Source: a virus
Lineage: Duplodnaviria > Caudoviricetes
IMG/VR virus record: IMGVR_UViG_3300028835_000118
Coordinates: 1-60,441 of that record
Length of the DNA stretch: 60,441 nucleotides
Strand: one strand, 5' to 3'
The notes under the pieces were generated by a model. The model searched no databases. It worked only from the letters and a program-made list of their open reading frames with translations, and was not told where the DNA came from. Both the position numbers and the translations under genes were made by a program. Positions 53,650 to 60,441 of this stretch are shown here, in pieces (the first letter of the stretch is position 1; the number at the start of each line of letters is the position of its first letter).

Positions 53650-54896
53650 TATAATCTTAAATTAATTCCTATTGAACTGTTATATAATTTGGAGTCCCAA
53701 AATTTAGTATACTCTGCTTCAACAAATACACCTAGGGTTCGGGAAAGTTTCCATCCTACAATTAAGCCTGCCTGATAATCATCCCATTGTTCTAGCTCAG
53801 CATCTTGTATTAATCCTCCGAGTCCCCAATTATTTCTGTTAAGATAAGAAAAATCTTCATTGCCTTGTATGTATTTATGATAAGGGAGTATCCAATTTCC
53901 ATATGCGTGTAACCAAAAGTTTTTCTTATACTCATAAAAATCAAATCCAACCACCGGTGCAATTTCACCAAACACATCTAGTTCAGACCATGCTTCTTCA
54001 TTAAACCTGTTCATTAAAGAACCAAATATTAAATCCCTAAATTGTACATCCGTATGGGCAACTACTTCGCCTTGTGGGTCTATCCAATACCAATCATAAG
54101 TTTCATTTCCATAAGCATCTGTTTGAGTATATCCTATGTCTTCATATCCATACTCATACCCTAAGCTATACCATGGGTTTACAGGCATACCATCATCATT
54201 GGTTTCATTTAACCATATCTCAATTGGATTGTATCCATAAGGACGTTGGTGAGTACGATATATAACTCCGGCTGAAATACTAAACTTCTTTCCGATTGGA
54301 AGTCTTGCTCTAACTTCTCCTGACATATATTTAAAACCTACATTCCCTTGTTCTCTTTGCTCAAACTTTACAATATGATAATCTCCTGTATGTCTTACAA
54401 AATATCTTGTATTAATAAACTCTTGACTTCTTTCTCTTTCTTTTTCATAGTGAACAAGATACTCAAACCCTTTTACTGCTGAGGTAGGAGAAGATAGAGC
54501 GATGTTGTTTTCTTTTCCATCATAATAGTTCTTTGCTTTTATCTCATAGTCAAACCTTGCTAGCTTACGAAAACCAATTCCCATTCTATAATCAAAAGGG
54601 TGATAAACTGTATTGTCAATCACTTGGGGTACAGCGTAAAGATTGTCGGGGTTTGTTCTTACAAAGTAACTTGGGCTTTGTGTTTCATATGCGTTTGAAA
54701 CTTCACCGGCTACATATACGGTTCCGTATTTTAAAAAATCATTATAAAACTTATTAAATAAATTTTCTTTTTGTTCCTGTGCTTGTGCTCCTACTGCAAA
54801 GAATGCTAGTAATAAAAAAACTATTATATATAGCAGAGCATTGGTTGCAAACCTTTCTGTTTGTTTTTTTCTATCCATGTTAAAACTTGCTTTCAA
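53649..54896 (-). CDS. Exported protein, possible outer-membrane beta-barrel
   Basis: Signal-like N-terminus (..AVGAQA-QE), aromatic-rich alternating strands, C-terminal SIGINLRL. Confidence 0.55.
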   Translation of the reverse strand: MKASFNMDRKKQTERFATNALLYIIVFLLLAFFAVGAQAQEQKENLFNKFYNDFLKYGTVYVAGEVSNAYETQSPSYFVRTNPDNLYAVPQVIDNTVYHPFDYRMGIGFRKLARFDYEIKAKNYYDGKENNIALSSPTSAVKGFEYLVHYEKERERSQEFINTRYFVRHTGDYHIVKFEQREQGNVGFKYMSGEVRARLPIGKKFSISAGVIYRTHQRPYGYNPIEIWLNETNDDGMPVNPWYSLGYEYGYEDIGYTQTDAYGNETYDWYWIDPQGEVVAHTDVQFRDLIFGSLMNRFNEEAWSELDVFGEIAPVVGFDFYEYKKNFWLHAYGNWILPYHKYIQGNEDFSYLNRNNWGLGGLIQDAELEQWDDYQAGLIVGWKLSRTLGVFVEAEYTKFWDSKLYNSSIGINLRL

Positions 54897-55215
54897 TTAT
54901 TAAATCAATCTCTTCTTGAATAACGTCTAAAGCATCTTCAGGAAGCTTTAAAGTTATGTCACTTTCTACTCTAACAATTTCTTTGCCGTTGTGATATAAA
55001 ACAAGGGTTGGCAGAAAAATAATTTTTTCTCTTTCAAAAACGTCAGGGTGTTTGCCCATTAATAAAAGATGTGTGCCTGCATCTTTAATAGGGTCTAAGG
55101 AAATAGTGTTTTCGGATAAAAAGGCAGCGTTGAATTGTACAACTGATATGCCCTCTTTAAAATCTTGGGAGAATAAAGATTGAGAATATAGCAGAAAAAT
55201 TATTAGCCATCTCAT
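54880..55215 (-). CDS. Exported thioredoxin-fold protein without CxxC
   Basis: Signal peptide; VVQFNA.F and IFLPTLVLYHNGKEIVR. Confidence 0.6.
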   Translation of the reverse strand: MRWLIIFLLYSQSLFSQDFKEGISVVQFNAAFLSENTISLDPIKDAGTHLLLMGKHPDVFEREKIIFLPTLVLYHNGKEIVRVESDITLKLPEDALDVIQEEIDLIIESKF

Positions 55216-55217
55216 CT

Positions 55218-55532
55218 TTACTTCTTGCTCATTTCATAAAGACGTTCATCCATTTTTTCTAAGGACTTTTTGATTTCACTTACATCTTCTTTTACTGTGG
55301 TTACATCAGCATCAATCTTTTCAATGGTCGACCTTATTAATTTGTCTTTATATTCGAATTCAACTTTTTGAATTTCCGGCTTTGGAAGTTCCATGGCTTC
55401 TTGGATTTGAGCCTGAAGAGTAAAGTACATCCCCATTAAGGAAGACAAGCCTATTACTACTGCTATTATTTCTTTTATAGATAAATTAAACTTCGTATCT
55501 GAGCTGAGTTGTTGTTCCTTTTGATTTGCCAT
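55218..55532 (-). CDS. Membrane-anchored coiled-coil protein
   Basis: One TM segment followed by a coiled coil. Confidence 0.65.
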   Translation of the reverse strand: MANQKEQQLSSDTKFNLSIKEIIAVVIGLSSLMGMYFTLQAQIQEAMELPKPEIQKVEFEYKDKLIRSTIEKIDADVTTVKEDVSEIKKSLEKMDERLYEMSKK

Positions 55533-55646
55533 TTTCTTTTTTATCCGACTTTACTAATTCATATATTACTACTATGTCCATTAAATAAGAGTTAGTTTGA
55601 ATAAATTCCATTTAGCAAAGATAAAGAAAAAAATGCAGAGAGTTTT

Positions 55647-56450
55647 TTAGTTTATATACTCTACGCAAATGTTAGTAACAAGGTTGTTATCTACGGAAGG
55701 GAAAGGACTTGGAGCTCCTGTACCACCGGTAAATTTTATACGGAATTCAATAGCGTCATTAGCTGTAGCTGAGAAGGTACCGGATGCTGAATAGTTAATA
55801 TCTGTCTTAGCTCCGGATGCTGCATTACCTACATCATCAATCATTCCATAGTCTTGACTTCCTGCTGTTATGTTTCTAATAAATCCTTCTACTATGATAC
55901 CGTTAGCTTGGTCAAAGAAGTGCATGTTGACTGTAGCTTTGTACCGTCCTGTCTTTGGTACATTCCAATTTGTATTACCTAATGAACCGGCTAACCCATT
56001 CCAATTAAACGTACATGCGCCTGCTACCGAGTCGGTTGAGATATTTGTTATAGCATTATTAAAAGGCACATTAATGTCAGCACCATTAGTAAAGTTGAAG
56101 TAGTTTACATTACCTGCACCGGGTAAATATTCAGCGCAGAGTGTGATTCTTACCGGTACTCCCGGAAGTTGAGATGGGTTTATAAATGCAGCTACATTAC
56201 TAGGACCTGAACCATCAATATATAATATGTCATTTGCTACTTGACTAGCAGCATCGGTTAATGCATCTAAAGCTAAAGGTTGCGTAGTTTGTCCTGTACC
56301 ACCATTTAAAATTGATAAAGGTAGTCCTGTAAGATTACTTATATCTATATCTCCTACTGCAAACTTTGCGTTTGACCCTCCATCTAAACCTACTATCTCG
56401 GTAGTTGCTGATGGACCTACTGCCGGAAATGCTGAAAATTTTGTTGCCAT
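55647..56450 (-). CDS. Putative tail fiber/adhesin with a C1q/BclA-like C-terminus
   Basis: LSILNGGTG motif; VPKTGRYKATVNM. Confidence 0.55.
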   Translation of the reverse strand: MATKFSAFPAVGPSATTEIVGLDGGSNAKFAVGDIDISNLTGLPLSILNGGTGQTTQPLALDALTDAASQVANDILYIDGSGPSNVAAFINPSQLPGVPVRITLCAEYLPGAGNVNYFNFTNGADINVPFNNAITNISTDSVAGACTFNWNGLAGSLGNTNWNVPKTGRYKATVNMHFFDQANGIIVEGFIRNITAGSQDYGMIDDVGNAASGAKTDINYSASGTFSATANDAIEFRIKFTGGTGAPSPFPSVDNNLVTNICVEYIN

Positions 56451-56453
56451 ATT

Positions 56454-56609
56454 CTATTCTACTATTAAAGGTACTCCACCTTCGGTTTCTATTATATCAT
56501 TTGGAGGGACAAAGGCAGCTTCTGTAATTATATAGTTTAATACAGGTGGTGTTGTTCCAACTTGTTGCTGAAACGGTATCCCTATCCCTATTCCTATTCC
56601 TAACGGCAT
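56454..56609 (-). CDS. Small protein starting MPLGIGIGIGIP (51 aa)
   Basis: Manual translation; fills the gap between neighbours exactly. Confidence 0.65.
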   Translation of the reverse strand: MPLGIGIGIGIPFQQQVGTTPPVLNYIITEAAFVPPNDIIETEGGVPLIVE

Positions 56610-56610
56610 A

Positions 56611-57075
56611 TTACCAAAGTGCTAATATGTCACTAGCTGTTGTATCGGTAGCCCATACTTTAATACAGTTAACAGGAATAAATGTTCCTGCCGGCACTCC
56701 AACAAATGTTACATCATCGTTTCCTGCAGTAAGAACTCTTAAGTCTCCTGTGGTTCCAACATACAATACTGCTCCATTATTTTCTCCCCCATATATTTGG
56801 TATGCATTACCAATTACAAATACATTGGCATTAACCGTCAGCGTATCACCACTTACTGCTAGTATAATAGTTGAAGCGTTGGTAGTAGTATTAACTAATA
56901 TCATTCCACGCTTAACTCCTAGTGTAAGAAAATCTTGAGTGTTATCTGTTACGGTAGTTGCAGTTGTTCCTGTAGCTGTGCCGTTTCCATCCCTTACCAT
57001 TATCTGTGGAATGGGTGCGTCATCACTTGGGGTTACTGCCCATGCTCTGCTTGCATTTAACTTTTGATAAGCCAT
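56611..57075 (-). CDS. Putative virion (spike/decoration) protein
   Basis: AVTPSD..LYVGTTGDLRV..VTFVGVPAGTFIPV..TTASDILALW. Confidence 0.65.
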   Translation of the reverse strand: MAYQKLNASRAWAVTPSDDAPIPQIMVRDGNGTATGTTATTVTDNTQDFLTLGVKRGMILVNTTTNASTIILAVSGDTLTVNANVFVIGNAYQIYGGENNGAVLYVGTTGDLRVLTAGNDDVTFVGVPAGTFIPVNCIKVWATDTTASDILALW

Positions 57076-57084
57076 AATTCTTTT

Positions 57085-57252
57085 TTATTTGTTATAAGGA
57101 AAAACTCTATTTAAAGTATCTCTCCTTTTGTTACATCCACATTCACTATTGGTGATAGTAGATACTGTGTTTACAACTTTCTTAATTCCGGTGGCAGTTG
57201 TTATCTTTTCCACCGTGTCACCTAGACCTCTCGATTTAGATTTCCATTTCAT
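57085..57252 (-). CDS. Small protein with GLGDTVEKIT..CGC..RR..LN
   Basis: Start MKWKSKS, 4 nt after a -7 box. Confidence 0.7.
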   Translation of the reverse strand: MKWKSKSRGLGDTVEKITTATGIKKVVNTVSTITNSECGCNKRRDTLNRVFPYNK

Positions 57253-57415
57253 TGTACAAAGATAATCTTTATTTTTTACACATACATTTAGATACCGGGC
57301 AAGTGTCAACTTTAACAATGAGCTTTGACACTAACCAATTCCATTTGCATAGCATCTTAATCCAAGTCTTAGAAATCCAAGTCCCTATCTTAATCAATAA
57401 TTTTCCCATACTGTT

Positions 57416-57613
57416 TTATTTACTACAGCCGAAGTTCTTAGCAAAGTTTGCCATCTTGACTACAGGAGCTTTGTACTTCTTTTTGTTTTTCATAACTGCT
57501 GTTGCAGCAGCACAAACAGATTTACCCGGCATATTCCTTTTAGCCCATGCCGTGAACTTGCCCTGATTATCTTTGCTAATCATTTCGCCTAAAGGTTTCT
57601 TTTCCTTAGCCAT
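57416..57613 (-). CDS. Small basic protein
   Basis: GKFTAWAK..KMANFAKN. Confidence 0.7.
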   Translation of the reverse strand: MAKEKKPLGEMISKDNQGKFTAWAKRNMPGKSVCAAATAVMKNKKKYKAPVVKMANFAKNFGCSK

Positions 57614-57619
57614 AAGTAA

Positions 57620-57832
57620 TTATTTTTTGATTACTCTAGTTAAGTGACCGTGCACATCTTTTGGATAGTGCTTGTCTTCTGTCATTGAGTGATTGCCTGA
57701 ATAAGCATGACCTGTCATTTTTTTAGCCATACCTTTAGACTCGTCTCTCCTATCTTTTAAAGATTGTTTATGAGCACCTCTGTGCTTCATTCCTAAAGAC
57801 TCATCTAGTCTTGCGTTATATCCTTGTTTCAT
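57620..57832 (-). CDS. Small basic protein
   Basis: QGYNARLDESLG..DRRDESKG; -7 box at 57865-57872. Confidence 0.7.
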   Translation of the reverse strand: MKQGYNARLDESLGMKHRGAHKQSLKDRRDESKGMAKKMTGHAYSGNHSMTEDKHYPKDVHGHLTRVIKK

Positions 57833-58018
57833 GATAATTTATTTTTAATGATTATTACTGTTTACAAATATACTAATTATTTGCTTGTCTATTTTTCGGT
57901 TTCTTTTTTTAATGCCTCCATTACATTCATCAGTTCTACATAATTGTTTACCCATTCTTCAGGGGTTCTATTTCTGTTGTACTGTTGAACGTACCATTCT
58001 TTAGAATGACCTGTGTTA

Positions 58019-58180
58019 TTAATACCCACTTTCCGTCATAGGTTTATCAGGGTTGTCTTTACCTGACCCATCCATTAATCTTTGTAAAGTATCAGCTTGT
58101 GCTTTTCCTACGGCATTGTAAGGAAAAGACTTTGTCATTTTTTTTCCCGTCTTCGGGCAAGTGTAGCTTACTGTTGGCAT
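58019..58180 (-). CDS. Small protein (53 aa)
   Basis: Manual translation MPTVSYTCPKTGKKMTKSFPYNAVGKAQA.. Confidence 0.6.
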   Translation of the reverse strand: MPTVSYTCPKTGKKMTKSFPYNAVGKAQADTLQRLMDGSGKDNPDKPMTESGY

Positions 58181-58190
58181 AACTATTTAT

Positions 58191-58487
58191 TTATGTTAAT
58201 TTCTTTTTTGGTTTAGTAGAACCCATAAAGCCTTGTAGCTTAGCTAGACCTATAATCGTTCTACTCTTGTTATCTCTTGATGGCTTGGTAATGTTATCGG
58301 TATTACTTTTCTTTGTCCCTTTATCTATAGCTGCTGCTTGAGCATTGCTTACAGCAAGCTTAGCTGCGTCTTGAAATTTTAATAGGGAAGATTGTATATC
58401 TGCCGAAGATGAACTCCATCCTGTCTCACTTTGATTAGCTCTATCTATGATAGAGTCAATTGTTTTTTTGTTATCTTTATCTGCCAT
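58191..58487 (-). CDS. Hypothetical protein, apparently leaderless
   Basis: TAAATTTG-N4-ATG. Confidence 0.65.
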   Translation of the reverse strand: MADKDNKKTIDSIIDRANQSETGWSSSSADIQSSLLKFQDAAKLAVSNAQAAAIDKGTKKSNTDNITKPSRDNKSRTIIGLAKLQGFMGSTKPKKKLT

Positions 58488-58514
58488 AGTACAAATTTAC
58501 TAAATTAATTTAAC

Positions 58515-58919
58515 TTGAATTCAGAAGATTATCTTAAGTATTGGAGAGTCGTAAGATACTATATAAAAAAGAAATACAAACTAACTACATCAGAATTAGA
58601 AACTCTTTTGTTTTTAAAAACTGAAGGAAGGTTTTCTAGAGATGACTTTCAAAAGTTTAATGAAGTCATTAGTTGGAATAAAGACCGATTTGAAAAACTA
58701 CGCAGAGATGGGTGGATAGTGGTCTTTAGAAAACGAGTAGGAAAACGTAGAGCCTTGTATGAATTATCGTATAAGTCAAAGAGAGTTATCTCTTCAGTTT
58801 ATTCAAAACTAAATGGCAGCGAGATTCCTACTTCTGTATTTAATGATAAGAAGTATACAGATAAAGTATATAGGAATTTTATAAAACAACTACGACATCT
58901 CTCTCCTGAATCACAGTAA
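58515..58919 (+). CDS. Putative winged-helix DNA-binding protein
   Basis: YKLTTSELETLLFL..FEKLRRDGWIV..ALYELS.K, MarR-like; TTG start. Confidence 0.6.
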   Translation: MNSEDYLKYWRVVRYYIKKKYKLTTSELETLLFLKTEGRFSRDDFQKFNEVISWNKDRFEKLRRDGWIVVFRKRVGKRRALYELSYKSKRVISSVYSKLNGSEIPTSVFNDKKYTDKVYRNFIKQLRHLSPESQ

Positions 58920-59136
58920 CTTTCTTTCCTTCTATCAATAGTGTATGCGCATTACGGAAGTCATAATATATTTCTTCCGTTGGAATGATAGTACACACTT
59001 CATTACCTACAGCTAAGACTTTACCTTTATGGTATCTGCGTCTTTGGGCTTCATCATTAGTTAACAAGATTCCCGATTCTGTTTTGAGCTCTTCATCAAT
59101 TTGCTCAATCAGAATGTATTTAGATATTGGTCTCAT
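58879..59136 (-). CDS. groES: Co-chaperonin GroES
   Basis: MRPI..ILIE..KTESGILL..GKVLAVG..IQERDVVVVL. Confidence 0.88.
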   Translation of the reverse strand: MRPISKYILIEQIDEELKTESGILLTNDEAQRRRYHKGKVLAVGNEVCTIIPTEEIYYDFRNAHTLLIEGKKVTVIQERDVVVVL

Positions 59137-59251
59137 GTTGTTTGTCTTTATTAAAAACTATATACCCGTTATCTTCTAATAACTTTTTAGCTTTTGCAAG
59201 TTCTCTTGCGTTTGCTCTAAAGTGTTCAAATATTTGATTTGTTATCGGCAT
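59120..59251 (-). CDS. Small hypothetical protein (43 aa)
   Basis: Manual translation MPITNQIFEHFRANARELAKAKKLLEDNGYIVF.. Confidence 0.55.
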   Translation of the reverse strand: MPITNQIFEHFRANARELAKAKKLLEDNGYIVFNKDKQHETNI

Positions 59252-59256
59252 AATAA

Positions 59257-59616
59257 TTATTTTAATTTTGGATGTCTGTAATCAACTACAATCTCCTCGT
59301 CTTTTAAAATATCTTCTAAGGCATATCCTACTACGTCTTCATTTACTTTAATAAATTCTATGTTAGGATTTTTGCTATGGTTAGTATATCTAGCTAGTGG
59401 AGTTCTGTTGTCTTTAATAGAAGCAACTCCTACAACTGCACCTTTTTCAATATCGGTTAAGGCAAACAAACCTTCACCATGGATATTAGAATTGCTTTTA
59501 TAATAAACATCACTTGGGATATCTATATAATAATAGTTATCCATATAAGTCATCCAATCAATTAATTGTTGTTCAGATATTTTATTTTCTTCTAAGTACA
59601 ATTTAAAGTCAGACAT
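59257..59616 (-). CDS. SET-domain protein (putative lysine methyltransferase)
   Basis: SNIHGEGLFA, RYTNHSKNPN, EEIVVDY. Confidence 0.88.
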   Translation of the reverse strand: MSDFKLYLEENKISEQQLIDWMTYMDNYYYIDIPSDVYYKSNSNIHGEGLFALTDIEKGAVVGVASIKDNRTPLARYTNHSKNPNIEFIKVNEDVVGYALEDILKDEEIVVDYRHPKLK

Positions 59617-59708
59617 TATTTATTTTCTTTAGTCCATAATACTAATAGTCCCCATCCGATAAATTGGACAACTACTATTGCTAACATTGTTTGTTCAAAG
59701 GAGCTCAT
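59616..59708 (-). CDS. Tiny membrane peptide (30 aa)
   Basis: MSSFEQTMLAIVVVQFIGWGLLVLWTKENK, coupled between groEL and the SET gene. Confidence 0.5.
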   Translation of the reverse strand: MSSFEQTMLAIVVVQFIGWGLLVLWTKENK

Positions 59709-60441
59709 TTATTTTTTTTGTCTATGCATAGTTATAATAGCATTAGTGGATAGCAGAGTTATTGCAACACTAATTGCATTTTGTAAAGCTGACCTAGTTA
59801 CTTTAACCGGGTCAATCACTCCCATACTAATCATATCTCCCCACTCTTCGTTCTTAACATCATATCCTTGTCCCCATTCTAAATCATCTTCCTTTTCATA
59901 TAGGTAACTATCTCTACCTGCATTATTCAAAATCTGTACTAGAGGTGTCTTTAAAGCACGACCTAAAATTGCGTAAGCAATTTTTCGAGCCGAATTTTTT
60001 AAGGACATAGATTTATCTTCATACTCTAATCCTAGATAATATAAAGACAATCCACCTCCCGGAAGTATACCTTCTTCAAGAGCAGACTTAACAGCACATA
60101 CTGCATCGTCCACTCTATCGTACAACTCTTTCTGTTCTAGGTCGGTGTTACCACCAACATGGATTACACCTATACCACCTGTAAGCGAAGCTATTCTTTT
60201 CTCAATAAAGTTTTTAAGTGCTTTATCTTGAGTTGCCTCATGCTGTACCCATAGGTCATTTACTCTTTCATCAATAGCCTCTTGGTTTTCTGCAGCCTCA
60301 TCTTTAATGACGATACTTGAGTCACGCCCAACTATCACCTTGGAACAATGACCCAAGTCGCCAAAGTTTATTAGGCTTAAGTCATCTCCTGTTTCACCAC
60401 TAAAGTATTTAGCTCCTACTGACAAAGCTATGTCTTGCATT
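59709..60441 (-). CDS. groEL: Chaperonin GroEL, C-terminal part
   Basis: EKRIASLTGGIGVIHVGG, DRVDDAVCAVKSALEEGILPGGG, GVIDPVKVTRSALQNA. Confidence 0.95.
   Translation of the reverse strand, partial: MQDIALSVGAKYFSGETGDDLSLINFGDLGHCSKVIVGRDSSIVIKDEAAENQEAIDERVNDLWVQHEATQDKALKNFIEKRIASLTGGIGVIHVGGNTDLEQKELYDRVDDAVCAVKSALEEGILPGGGLSLYYLGLEYEDKSMSLKNSARKIAYAILGRALKTPLVQILNNAGRDSYLYEKEDDLEWGQGYDVKNEEWGDMISMGVIDPVKVTRSALQNAISVAITLLSTNAIITMHRQKK
60306..60441. repeat. Terminal direct repeat, right copy
   Basis: Identical to 1-136. Confidence 0.95.

Overview
This window looks like a complete circular dsDNA phage genome of about 60,305 bp. Positions 1-136 are identical to 60306-60441, and the groEL gene reads in frame across that junction. 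The host is probably a Bacteroidota/Flavobacteriia bacterium, judged from the many TAnnTTTG (-7) and TTTG (-33) promoter boxes and a BT4734/VirE-type primase-helicase. The genome has two arms. The + strand arm (about 2.3-19.1 kb) carries ArdC, many small acidic ORFs, a structured-RNA cluster, and recombination/replication genes. The - strand arm (about 19.1-60.3 kb, then 1-1.9 kb) carries GroEL, a SET-domain protein, GroES, lysis genes, terminase, portal, scaffold, capsid, tail and ejection proteins, and a 2946-aa polyvalent-type protein. I did not recognise an integrase, DNA polymerase or RNA polymerase. The most notable signal is a non-coding RNA suite in the first 3.5 kb of the early arm. 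It comprises a type III hammerhead ribozyme, two elbow-only mini-tRNAs, an H-type pseudoknot, a D-armless tRNA, an initiator-like tRNA-Met, a tRNA scaffold with a 64-nt structured insert in the anticodon arm, and a multi-hairpin RNA ending in a T-arm; these elements sit between the early genes. Other points of interest are a duplicated iteron-like element, four apparently leaderless late genes, a repeated motif inside promoters, an apparent lack of CCGG confined to one arm, and an apparently frameshifted portal C-terminus. All calls come from reading the sequence by eye; no searches were run.
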